64,000 nt of DNA from Candidatus Poribacteria bacterium (GCA_965197475.1 CBDANF010000003.1:3136001-3200000); one strand, 5' to 3'; positions 53,187 through 63,747 are shown, counted from the first letter of the stretch. Made by a program: numbers and translations. The notes: generated by a model from the letters alone, not told the origin.

Positions 53187-53310
53187 TTAGGATGCTATCT
53201 CATGCTATAAAAGTCAAGGAAAATGGACACAGCAAAAACGCATTTCCATGGCGTTACACCTTGTTTCTATTGATGATTATTAGGTTGAAGACCATTCTGA
53301 GAAATATCAG
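53187..53310 (-). mobile_element. IS701/IS4-like element, partial copy 3 (upstream terminal 124 bp)
   Basis: Matches 20030-20153 including terminal ATTCTGAGAAATATCAG. Confidence 0.85.
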
Positions 53311-53605
53311 TAAGACTATGTTGTCCACCAAGTTGTAGACCTTTCAACACTTGAATCCTTGTAGACAAGCAACCTTCTTCAATTTTCGCATCCCGACTTA
53401 TACCGTAAGGTAGCATGTTGGTGCGACCATTCTCAATTAGGGGTATGCCATACTTTAGTTCATCACAGAGTTCTTGTAGCATAGAGGTATCTATTTTAAA
53501 AATTTCTCCAGGAACAATTTCGAGATCTAAAAAGGCTGAATCGGGTTTTGCTGGATCGTCGTAGACTTTTTTGAGAATAGCTGGTAGTTTTAGTGTGTCT
53601 ATCAT
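53311..53605 (-). pseudogene. 5' fragment of a hypothetical gene cut at the IS end
   Basis: GAGGAG RBS + ATG 53605; the frame enters the IS at 53310. Confidence 0.6.
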
Positions 53606-53639
53606 TTACTTTGCTCCTCTTTCAATATTGAATTATGTT

Positions 53640-53931
53640 ACACATTTCGCCCACTGGGGCTAAGGAGGTTGGTTTTACCACGTTCTATATACCTGTCGCC
53701 CTGCTGGGGCTTTATAATTCGGACAGATTACGGAAAGTGTAAGATTCTATTGACATAGCGTTACAAACCGCTTCCACAGGAGTTCTGTAGTTGCGATTCG
53801 GAGATCGCTCCTACAGAATGTAAGAGGCGACAAATGCCAATATTCAAATGTAAGAGATGCAATGAATTGCGCGACTACAAACCCCGCAAACCTATAGAGA
53901 ATTGTAAAGGTAATTTTAGATTTCACTATAG
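53640..53931. repeat. REP/MITE block (copy of 3186-3406 plus a TATAGT-type end)
   Basis: See 3186-3406; its right part is the reverse complement of 38679-38761. Confidence 0.75.
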
Positions 53932-53942
53932 CCTCACTTTAT

Positions 53943-54820
53943 TTACTCGGATCCTAAAATTGGTATAACGTCCCATTGAACTTCATCTGCCATACCCGGG
54001 TAGGTTTCACCACGAATCCACATGGGAGGTCGTTTTTTATTTACAGCCTCAGGACGTGTCCATTCTGCTTTTGCACTGACATAATGTGCTTTGCGCTGAC
54101 ATAATGTGCTACGTTTGCACGTCTGAAACGTAGACTTTGGTTATCAGTGCTTTTATGTAGAACTTGGCTATTGAACCAGATTACTGCTCCAGCAGGGACT
54201 TCTACCGCAACACCATCTTCATCACGAACACCTTGTGCCTGTCTAAACTCTCCTTGTTGTGGACCTTCAATTTCTTTATGTTCATGAACTTCATACTTGT
54301 GGCTGCCAGGGATAACGTATAGACAACCGTTTTCTTTATCTGCTGCATCAATTGCAGTCCATGTTGCGACTGTCGTTCCGGTTTTATATTGATGGTTAAA
54401 ATACCATTTATCTTGATGCCACGGGAAACCTAAGCCAATCTTTGGAGGCTTCCAAAAATACAGATTGTTGAGACCAAGGATATCTGGACCGAGTATGTCA
54501 ACGACGGGATCCGTTAGACGACAATCGCGGGTACGCGCAAGAAATTCTGGATTATTACAACTTACATATTGGATATTGTGCATCGCGTAGATGCCTTGTG
54601 CTTTAACTTTACCGTCTCTGACTAAAGCGTTTTCAAAGATATGATAGTCTGGGAAGGGTCGTTTTCCATCAACAATGCCATCAGCGATTTGACCTAAACA
54701 GTCGTTTTCTTCTTCGGTAAAAACGTTTAGGCGGACAAAGTATCCGTTTTCGTTCCAATGTGAAAGTTCGTCAGCATTTAGTCCAAACTTCCGTTCCTCC
54801 GATGTTGTATTTGTGTTCAC
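53943..54820 (-). pseudogene. PhyH-family dioxygenase, paralog of 2222-3079, frameshifted by a 20-bp tandem duplication
   Basis: 'PWHQD', 'HKSTDNQSLRFRR'; duplication at 54071-54110; removing one unit restores ...AEWTRPEAVNKKRPPMWIRGETYP...GSE*. Confidence 0.85.
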
Positions 54821-55938
54821 TAATTCTCCTATCAATACATTTTCGCAATGAGTAGTTTTGGACTTGATAAAAAATTTTAAAAATCGCTATAAAGCCTTGT
54901 GTCCACTGGGTTTATATGGTATAATATAGATAAGAAAAAAGGGAGGTTGTAGCCTCCCAATTAACCCAAAAAGCAGAGTTGCTTTCTGAAGGTTTAATCT
55001 TATCTGATATTGTATCAGAAGTCCGTCAGAAAAAGCAACTCCTATTTCAAGGAGTTATCTGATGGATTTGTTGAAGGTGATGGAACGTTTCCCGGATCAA
55101 GAGAGTTGTATTTCGCATTTAGAGAAGATTCGTTGGCGAGGTAAACCTGTGTGTCCGCATTGTGAAAGCGGTCATGTGGGCAGGCGTGAGGAGACAAAGA
55201 TCGGTCGTATCGGTCGTTGGAACTGCCACGAGTGCCAAGTGAGTTTCAAGGTGACGTGCAGGTCGGTGTTTCACGGGACAAAGGTAGTGTTACAGAAGTG
55301 GTTTTTAGCTATTTCGTTGATAACGAATGCGAAGAAAAGTTTGTCAAGTCATCAACTTGCGCGCGATTTAGACTTGAATCAAAAGACAGCATGGTTTATA
55401 ATGACTCGTATCCGTGCTGAAATGGCGAAGAAAGGCGGGGCTTTACTACAAGGTATCATTGAAGCAGATGAGACCTATATTGGCGGTAAACCTCGTAAAA
55501 AGAACAAACGTGAAGATGATGAACCACATAAACGTGGCAGAGGCACTGAAAAAACTGCTATAATAGGAGCAGTGCAGCGTGGAGGTAGGGTTGTCGCACA
55601 AGTGGCACACAACCTCACAGGACGCACTATCCTTGAGTTTATTCGGAGTGCTGTAAACCTAAAAAATCGGAACTAATAACCGATGAATATCAGGCTTACA
55701 ACGCTATTGGGAAAGAAATGAAGCACGCTGTTATCAACCACAAGGTGCAGTTTGCTGAGGGTGATGTCCATACGAACACGATTGAGGGCTTCTGGTCGCT
55801 TCTCAAACGCGCTTGGTATGGAAGTCATCACCACTATCAGACAGGATACACACCGCTATATGTGGCGGAAGCGTGCTATAAGTATAACTATAGGAGCGTT
55901 GACAGCATCTTTGATAAGTTTGTCAATGAAAGTATGAG

Positions 55939-56124
55939 ATGAGTGAACAAATTGAAGTAAGAAAAGAAGGACCACGCAGTAAAGAACAACATATCCAATT
56001 CCTACGCGGTCCTATGACTGATTTAGTAAAAAGAACGAATATCGGTGACACAAAAAGACTTAACAAAGGTCTTCATCTTATTGATGAAATGTGTCAAAAG
56101 GTTAATTCTGTGAAAGATAATTAA
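55939..56124 (+). CDS. Small passenger ORF coupled to the transposase
   Basis: ATGA overlap with the transposase stop codon. Confidence 0.45.
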   Translation: MSEQIEVRKEGPRSKEQHIQFLRGPMTDLVKRTNIGDTKRLNKGLHLIDEMCQKVNSVKDN

Positions 56125-56353
56125 GAACACTATTCACATAACTAACTTGTGAATTAATTTCATTTGTCTTTTTCACAAATATACTCAAAGCCTGTGTTAG
56201 TTGATGGATAGATTTTAAATCTTTACTTTTAAAATCGTTATATGCTTTTTCAAGGTCATCCAGAAGTGGAGTAATTAAAAGTTCTGCTACTCCTTTCTGA
56301 ATATCTTCTTTTCGTTGAAGTTGTCCTTGTTGTTCTTGGACTAAATTATTCAT
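56102..56353 (-). CDS. Small coiled-coil passenger protein
   Basis: AAGGAG RBS; 83 aa. Confidence 0.55.
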   Translation of the reverse strand: MNNLVQEQQGQLQRKEDIQKGVAELLITPLLDDLEKAYNDFKSKDLKSIHQLTQALSIFVKKTNEINSQVSYVNSVLNYLSQN

Positions 56354-56402
56354 CGGATTTCTCCTTTGTGGTTAGAGGGGACAGAGTCCCCTCGTTGTTG
56401 GG

Positions 56403-56895
56403 TTATTTAGGTGGGTTGCCATACTTGTTTGGTTCGGGATCACCTTTACTGAAAGCAAGCATAAACCAAATGACTATACCAATCGGAGGTATGTAAAATA
56501 GGATAAGATACCAAGCAGATCTACCAAAATCATGGCATCGTTTCACGATAACAGCGTTATCACACCAGAAGAATTTCACGATACTAATTGGTATCATAAA
56601 AGCGTAATACGCAATTTCACCTACTGTATATATCAAAAATGCCCCAAAAAGTTATGTATAATAAACCAGTACCTAAGAAATATATCCAAAAGTCTTTTCG
56701 GTTTATTCTACCTTTGAATGAAAACGACAATTGTTTCCAGTTGGTTTTAAATTCATCTGGACGTGACAATGCTGGAGGTATTATAACCTCATCTATTGGT
56801 GATTCCCACGGTGGTGTGCTTACAGGATTAAGAATAACGCCACCAGGTCCAACTTTTTTGTGCATCCTAAACTCCTTTGGCATAGGACACAGCAC
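56403..56895 (-). CDS. DUF805 (YhaH-like) membrane protein, frameshifted at about 56630
   Basis: 'FSFKGRINRKDFW' + 'VKRCHDFGRSAWY...GDPEPNKYG'. Confidence 0.75.
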
Positions 56896-57065
56896 AATGG
56901 GGTTTTAGATGCAAAGACTCCATTGTGTGAGTCCATAAAATATATGAAATGTGTTGCATTGATTCACGAATTCACACACACGAATTTTCCGATGTTAGGC
57001 GGTTGAGGTAGAGACCGCGCCTTGCGACGCGGCTAACATTCTCTACCAAAATTCGTGATGTTAAT

Positions 57066-57094
57066 AGGATACTATACTGGCAGGATTTTGTCAA
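57066..57094 (-). promoter_or_regulatory. Sigma70 promoter inside the right end of the IS1595, pointing into the passenger genes
   Basis: TTGACA-N17-TATCCT. Confidence 0.55.
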
Positions 57095-57141
57095 GTGAAA
57101 AATTTTTCTCAAATTTATCAAGTCCAAAACTACTCATTGCG

Positions 57142-58008
57142 AAATTCTATATACACCATAGGCACCGCCGTTCGGCTACCAATAGATGCCAACGTGTTCG
57201 GCATAAAAACCACAAAACTCACCCAGATTAACAGCAGCACTACAAGACTCACCCCACTCTCTCGCACTGCAGCGGAAACGAGGATCCCTAACGCGATAAA
57301 GAGGCACGTATAGAGGATAACGATAACGGACAAGATGCCTAAACGTCCGCACGACTCGGCAGTCAGCTGCACTGCATCTGAAGAGGAAATCAGAAGTAGG
57401 TTCATTAAAACCGCAATAGCAAACGGAATATTAATGCTGATAAATGTGCCTAAAAACTTCCCAATCAGTATAGTGTGCCGCGGGATAGGGTTTGCCAATA
57501 TCAATCGCAATGTCCCTCGTTCCAGTTCACCAGAAACCGAATCAAAGGCAAACAGTATTGCCACGAAACTCAGCACATAGCCGACAATAAACGCCCAATC
57601 CAGCGTGGTAAAATCAGGGCGGATATTGTGGAGATTTGGTGTCTTTTGTGGGTAAGTCACCCGCCAGAGCGGTCTCACATTGGCAATGTCGCTAAAGTAG
57701 TTTTCTCCGCGAGCGTGAGTTGACAGAAACGCTTCATCACCTTCTGCACAGAAGCGGAGGGGTGAAGGTGCTTTGTGGAAATCGCCAGGACCTTCTGTCG
57801 CGAGGCGGTATAAACTGGTGCTGCGTGCTTCTAATGTCTTTACAGCATCGGCAGCTGCGTTGTGATACGCCTGTGTCCGTGAGGGATGTTCGCGCAGATA
57901 CACAACGGCATTGGTGAGCATCAATGCCAGCAGGAGAACTGTCGTCAATGCGAAACGAAGACTATTGAGAGTGTCGTAAATTTCGCGTTTTGCGATATGC
58001 CAAATCAT
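57142..58008 (-). pseudogene. ABC-2 type permease, 3'-truncated by the IS1595
   Basis: 'IWHIAKREIYD', 'FDSVSGELERGTLRLILANPIPR..ILIGK'; its stop codon lies inside the TIR. Confidence 0.8.
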
Positions 58009-58085
58009 TATTTTAAGTTCCTTGCAGTCCGTTCTGGGTATCTTTATAAAAGCGAGTAGGTTAGGTTAGGTAGAGTGTAGCGAAA

Positions 58086-58375
58086 CCTATAGATGTCAAT
58101 TTAAGAAAATATCTGTGTTTTTATGAACACTTCTCAATAGGCATGATGATTGAGACTGTCCTATATTTAGTCCCGTAGGGACTATATGTTTATAGTACCC
58201 GATGTTCTCAATCTCTTTCGCTCCGTAGGTGCGATATCTGTATAACGTTTTTGTTGGACATATCGCACCTACGGAGCGAAAGAGGCTATAATACGTTTTT
58301 CTATAAACATACAGTCCCTACGGGACTGAAGAGTATTACTCGTATTCGGAAATCGCTTAAGTTGACAGTTATGGG
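58086..58375. mobile_element. 290-bp MITE inserted in a REP, with a 15-bp flanking direct repeat
   Basis: TIR CCTATAGATGTCAATTTAAG / CTTAAGTTGACAGTTATGGG; TAGAGTGTAGCGAAA at 58071-58085 and 58376-58390. Confidence 0.8.
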
Positions 58376-58525
58376 TAGAGTGTAGCGAAACCCATAGATG
58401 TCAATTTAAGGACAAATATCTGTATTTTAGCGATTAAAAAGTGTTGCAAAGTGGAGACACCTCTTGCATAATGTAGAAAATAACACTACTTAATTCTACA
58501 AAAGAGGTGTTCCAATGTCTATACT

Positions 58526-58709
58526 AACTTAAGTTCCCATGGATAAAATTTCAAGTATACAGAACTGTTTTTAATTGAAAGGACAAGGATTTTCCTCTTG
58601 ATATGATGTCTTCCGCTATAAATCCAAATCAACGATGAATGCGCGTATGGCATTCATCGGGTTAGAAACCCCTACAAGAGCATTCGCGAAATAAGTGGCA
58701 ACTTGGGTT
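58526..58709. mobile_element. 184-bp MITE
   Basis: TIR AACTTAAGTTCCCA / TGGCAACTTGGGTT; ATACT direct repeat. Confidence 0.65.
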
Positions 58710-58849
58710 ATACTAACATAGGTTTCCGACAAAATGCAAGAGATACTTCAAACCACACAGTGTTATTTAGTTTTAGGTTTTCTTTTGATATTTTTCACAA
58801 AGGTTAATATTCTATGATATGCAGATGTAGCGTGCCTTTCACACTACGT

Positions 58850-59100
58850 CTGCTATACTTCACCTTTAAACAAGATGCGACAACAAAACACGGACTCTCT
58901 GTCGTTTCTCAGGAGTTAGGGATCACACTCACGCAACGCGGTATCAGCGACAAAACTTACGAAGTGCCTGTCTCAACACAAATCCTCAAAGCATTTGATG
59001 TCAGTGGTAAAATCATAACAACGGATGCCCTTTTGACACAGCGTGCTTGCTGCGCCCAATTGGCAGATGCGGGTGGAGACTATGTGCTACCTGTCCATAG
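58850..59100 (+). pseudogene. ISAs1-family transposase remnant
   Basis: 'DKTYEVP...DVSGKIITTDALLTQR...AGGDYVLPV'. Confidence 0.75.
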
Positions 59101-59212
59101 GAACGACCCTCTTCCTATCTTTTAGTAGAAGCACTTTGTAAGCGCGCCGAGCAAAGATGTATTGTTAATTGTAAAATCTACTATAATAACCCTGAATAGC
59201 CATGGAATTATC

Positions 59213-59241
59213 TTGACATCAGTCCGAAATAATACTATACT
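59213..59241 (+). promoter_or_regulatory. Sigma70 promoter upstream of the LamG gene
   Basis: TTGACA-N17-TATACT. Confidence 0.6.
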
Positions 59242-59352
59242 TGTTTTTAACTATATGTGAAAAGCGAGTAATTTGAAAACGGTAGCGAAAGTTGTCGTGA
59301 ATTTATTTTGCCTACAAAACTCCTATAACTCCTTATATAAGGAGGCTCTCTA

Positions 59353-60129
59353 ATGAGAGGAAAAATGTTTAACAAAGTTTTGTCCCTGACTTTTACCCTT
59401 GTTATAGTACTCACTTTTATGTGTGCTAATATGGCGAATGCCCAATTTGTTACTGAAGGACTCGTTAGTTATTGGACCTTTAATAAGGCGAGTATGCAAG
59501 GAGAAACGGTTAAAGATGTCTGGGGAGAGAATAATGGAACTATCAAAGGTGAACCAAAAGCAGTAGAAGGTAAATTCAGCGAGGCGATGGAATTTGATGG
59601 AAGGGACGATTTTGTTGAGGTGCCTGATTCAAAGTCGCTCCAGATAGATAAAGCAGGCACCATAGAAATGTGGATCCAAATCGCGGAAACACAAAATTAT
59701 CAAGGCATTTTCATTAAGGCGGCAGGCTGGAGCAGGACAGGATATGTCCTAAGATATAGTTCCCAGTATCAGTTTCAAGGTGGTTGGGAATGGGTTGACT
59801 TCCACCAAGACGGTGAATTGAAAGAAGGAGAATAGTCTCATATAGCAATGTTGACCGACGGTGAGACAGCGTCCCTATATCAAGATGGAGAGTTAATAAA
59901 ATCCCAAGAAACTACTGTTGCTGTAGACAATGAACCGTTTTTATTAGGCTTTACTGTAGATGTCTATTGGAAGGGACTCATTGACGAAGTTCGCGTTTAT
60001 AATCGAGATCTAAGTGAAGATGAGGTCAATCAGAACATGAATGCAGAAGGTTTAGATGTCGTAAGTCCTACTGAGAAACTATCTCTCACTTGGGACAGAT
60101 TAAATCTCAGTAGCTTTAGAGAGCTATAA
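59353..60129 (+). pseudogene. Secreted LamG-domain protein with an in-frame TAG (59833-59835) and a C-terminal frameshift
   Basis: AAGGAGG RBS; 'GLVSYWTF', 'FDGRDDFVEVP', 'GE*SHIA', 'GLIDEVRVYNR'. Confidence 0.8.
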
Positions 60130-60196
60130 GAATTGTTCATACTATGCCATAATTGGCGGGGTTACGTAAGTCTTATTTTTTATAGAATTGAGAACT

Positions 60197-61336
60197 ATGA
60201 ATGCAATAGAATTGACACAAACACTTATCGGATATGACACAGTGAGTCCTAAAAGCAACGTTGAGGTGATGGACTTTCTCACCAGAACGTTGGAATCCGT
60301 TGATTGCGAAGTGGAACGGGTTGAATATACCGATCCGGAGGGTGTACTAAAAGTAAATCTGATCGGCAGAAAAGGACGCAACACAAGTGAGCGTGGATTG
60401 GCACTTCTCGGACACATAGATACCGTCCCCGCAATCGGTTGGTCAGAAAACCCTTTTGAGGCACGGATCGTTGATGGCAAGATGTATGGACGCGGCAGCT
60501 GTGATATGAAAGGGAGTGTCGCTTGTATGATTGAGGTGGCATCCTATTATGCTGCGTCCCAGTTAGATGCTCCACTCTATGTGGTTATCACGGCTGATGA
60601 GGAGGTAGGTTATTTTGGGGCAAGTGCTGTCGCCGAAAAGTCGGAGATGTTTAAAAAACATGGGTTTCCACAATACGGGGTAGTTGGCGAACCGACTGAA
60701 CTGAAAGCCGTTTACGCGCACAAAGGTGCAGTTCGTTTTTCCGTCACTGCACACGGGCGCGCCGCACACAGCAGCACAGGTGAAGGTGACAATGCGAACC
60801 TCAAACTCATTCCGTTTCTTTCAGAAATGCGGGAAGTCCATCAGGAATTGACAACCGATACCCGATACTTCAATTCTGAATTCACTCCCCCCTTTACTGA
60901 TTGGAATATCACTATCAGTGATGGAGAATGTACCGCTAATATTACCTCACCGCTAAGTATATGTAATATTAACTATCGTCCGATGCCGGGTGATGCTCCG
61001 CAGGTATGGATAGATCGGGGACGCGATGCAGCGGAAAAATATGGGTTGGAGTTTGACCTATTCATCAATGCCGGTCCCGTGCGTACGCCGCCTGATGCTG
61101 AAATCATCCAAGCAGCACTCGAAATCACCAGAGACACGAAACCTCATACTGTCGCTTACAGCACTGATGCAGCGGTCTTCTCCAAGCACATGGAAACAGT
61201 CATTATAGGTCCGGGAAGTATTTTACAGGCACATACCGTTGATGAATGGATGGCATTAGACCAATTTGATAAAGCAATCAATATTTTTAGCCAGTTTGTT
61301 GATCGGTTTTGTGTTTCGTCCAATCTCCACAGATAA
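60197..61336 (+). CDS. argE: M20 family deacetylase (acetylornithine deacetylase-like)
   Basis: 'GHIDTVP', 'YGRGSCDMKG', 'ADEEVG', 'GEPT', 'AHTVDE'. Confidence 0.75.
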   Translation: MNAIELTQTLIGYDTVSPKSNVEVMDFLTRTLESVDCEVERVEYTDPEGVLKVNLIGRKGRNTSERGLALLGHIDTVPAIGWSENPFEARIVDGKMYGRGSCDMKGSVACMIEVASYYAASQLDAPLYVVITADEEVGYFGASAVAEKSEMFKKHGFPQYGVVGEPTELKAVYAHKGAVRFSVTAHGRAAHSSTGEGDNANLKLIPFLSEMREVHQELTTDTRYFNSEFTPPFTDWNITISDGECTANITSPLSICNINYRPMPGDAPQVWIDRGRDAAEKYGLEFDLFINAGPVRTPPDAEIIQAALEITRDTKPHTVAYSTDAAVFSKHMETVIIGPGSILQAHTVDEWMALDQFDKAINIFSQFVDRFCVSSNLHR

Positions 61337-61486
61337 CGGTTTTGTTCCCTACGGTTGCATTAGGTTCACTAGACATTATAACTAATTAGTTGTCCGTTTG
61401 GTTAGTCTCTATTATACTTATTACAATCGGACAATAGGAGGCTAACTCATGATAAGTTTTCAAGAACTAAAGGACAAACCTGATAC

Positions 61487-62731
61487 TGAAGTGCTACCGT
61501 TTATTCAGACCAAAATTTAGCAAAGTTAAGACAAGTTTTTTTGCTCAAATTCCACAGGTGTCAAATACCCTAACGCAGAGTGAGGGCGTTTGTGATTATA
61601 CACTTGTGTAATAAAATGCCCAATGCGGGTTCTTGCTTCGTGGATGTCCTCATAGTCATTGAGATGAACTTCTTCTTCCTTGAGCGTGCGGATAAGTCTT
61701 TCAGCATATCCGTTCTCCCAAGGACACCCTCTCCGGGCGACTGAAATCTCAATCCCATGATGCCTAAGCAGTGAGATGGACGCATTTGAAAGATATTGAA
61801 CGCCTTGATCAGAATGATGGATCTCTGGGACACTTTGACATAATGCTGTCTCCAAGGGTTTCAACGTCAGAGATTGCGTCAAGTGTTGACTGATATGCCA
61901 CCCTCTGATCATGCGAGTGAAGACATCCATGAGCAGACAAACATAGATAAAGTGTCCTTTGAGGCGGACGTAGGTAATATCGCCCACCCAGGCCTGATTA
62001 CATCGGGAGACATCAAGGTTTTCAAGGCGATTGCTCCAGGGACGCACACCCGCAACGGATGTCGTGGTTTGACAGACACGCTTGACAGAAACCGAGAGGT
62101 TGGCGGACTTCATCAATCGGGCAACACGTTTATACCCGATGGTGTATCCGTTACGCACCAACAACTGTGTGGGACGCCTATATCCGTATGTTGGATATAG
62201 CAAAGATAACGTCTCTATTTCATCCTGGAGGCCCGCTTCACACGGGGCCTGCTTGGAGTGATAATAGAGGTTGCTTCGGTTGAAACCGAGTGTCTCACAT
62301 ATCTGCCGAACCGAAAAGTCTGTCCGTAATGCCGTAACCATTTCTCGCTGCTCCATCGAGGCTAACTCAAGTAAGTTGAGGCTTTTTTTTGGATGTCAAG
62401 TGCCAAGGTCAACCGCCCAACGAGTTGCTCAAGTTGGGCGATCCGCTCCGCAGAGGCATCAGACTGTTTATCAGCGGGTTCAAAGAGGGTCGCCGCTTTT
62501 TCAAGAAGCTGTCGCTTCCACTTTGAAAGTTGTTCATCGATGAGGTTATGTCGCCGACACACTTCTGCTTGGGAACTTTCAACGCTGAGAGCCTCAAGAA
62601 CAACTTCGGCTTTAAACTCGGAGGTGAAGTTTCTTCGTTTTCGTTTCGCCATCGGATACTCCTTTCAAGTAGATGGATATTATACCATAATCTTGTCTTA
62701 GAGAGTGGCCCGAATTTCCGATGGCAGTACA
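61487..62731 (-). mobile_element. IS3-family element, apparently intact (orfA 62362-62652, orfB 61526-62356)
   Basis: TG...CA IRs; A8 slippery site at the end of orfA gives a -1 fusion KSLNLLELASMEQRE; intact rve DDE motif. Confidence 0.9.
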
Positions 62732-62873
62732 GTATTTTTGGTGCTGTATTGGTTGCGGTAAGAAGAGCGGAGCAATACCACATATCCTCGCCGAACATTT
62801 AATTGAAAATGAAGGACAGGCGGTACGTGATATAGAGTAATTGGTTATTAGGTGAATAAAAGGAAAGCTTATA

Positions 62874-62994
62874 TAGGACTTACGCAAATTGAGTAGAAAA
62901 GGACATATTGGACTTAAACGGTCGTTATTTCGGAATTTTAACCCTCTAAATCCCCTTATCAAGAGGCACTTTAAGAGGAAATGCGTAAGTCCTA
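62874..62994. mobile_element. MITE, inverted homolog of 44517-44639
   Basis: AGGACTTACGCA / TGCGTAAGTCCT ends; colinear interior. Confidence 0.8.
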
Positions 62995-63057
62995 AATATA
63001 TTAAGTGGTATAATAAAACCACAATAATGCGTTCAAAAGAACCGAGTATCAGAAAAA

Positions 63058-63747
63058 ATGAAAATCTCGTATGTATATATTGCTACTACAGTTATTGGCG
63101 CAATTGTTGTTTTCTGTGTTCGCCTTATCAGAAAAACTAAGGAAATCAATAAACACCCCATGATGCGTTTACTTCATTGCATGCGTAAGATAATCAAAGA
63201 AGTAGAGGGCATATCAGACCGTGATATGGACGCATATATACATATTGTCCTATACAGTTTAGACCGTATAATCTCCCGAACAGAAAATAGGAGATCCTGG
63301 ACTCGGCGTTCTGCAAGAAAGCAAGAAGCACGGAAAATTGCGGCATTATTACTAAACGACTCAATTATTGACTATTATTCTTTCATAATCAATGACGAGG
63401 AAGCGAAAATGGAAGAGAAAAAGTTTCTTGAAAACCTACCCTACGGCAGATTAAGACTCCTATCAGGACGCGCCGACCCCTATGATTATATAGATGATGA
63501 ATTGCGTATGACCCCTAAACAACACATGGAACGCTTACTTAATAGCGCGCGTGTAATAATCAAAGAAATAGAGAGAATTCCAGAACACCCAGATACGAAA
63601 GAGTATCTGAATCAGGTTTTATATTGGTTAGACCGTATAATACATCGTGCTGAAGAAAGACCTATGACTGATCCTTTTGGCAGAAAGCAAAAAGCACAGA
63701 AAACTGCAGCAATAGCACTCAAACACTTAATTATACAACTGAATTGA
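63058..63747 (+). CDS. Membrane-anchored hypothetical protein with an internal duplication
   Basis: N-terminal TM helix; two copies of 'RLL...R.IIKE.E.I...Y...VLY.LDRII.R.E.R...RKQ.A.K.AA'. Confidence 0.65.
   Translation: MKISYVYIATTVIGAIVVFCVRLIRKTKEINKHPMMRLLHCMRKIIKEVEGISDRDMDAYIHIVLYSLDRIISRTENRRSWTRRSARKQEARKIAALLLNDSIIDYYSFIINDEEAKMEEKKFLENLPYGRLRLLSGRADPYDYIDDELRMTPKQHMERLLNSARVIIKEIERIPEHPDTKEYLNQVLYWLDRIIHRAEERPMTDPFGRKQKAQKTAAIALKHLIIQLN

Larger units (their letters stand above)
54844..57141 (+). mobile_element. IS1595-family transposon with passenger genes (transposase 55062-55942, frameshift at about 55665)
   Basis: Perfect 28-bp TIR CGCAATGAGTAGTTTTGGACTTGATAAA; CPHC...CHEC, 'EADETYIGG', 'TDEY', 'HTNTIEGFW'. 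Confidence 0.85.

Noticed and set aside
59833-59835. TAG as pyrrolysine or a reassigned codon
   Set aside because: It is a TGG>TAG change at a conserved Trp, the gene has a second lesion, and TAG ends many normal genes in this window.
61450-61486. Short ORF start MISFQELKDKPDT cut by the IS3
   Set aside because: It resembles a transposase N-terminus, but 12 codons are too few to call.
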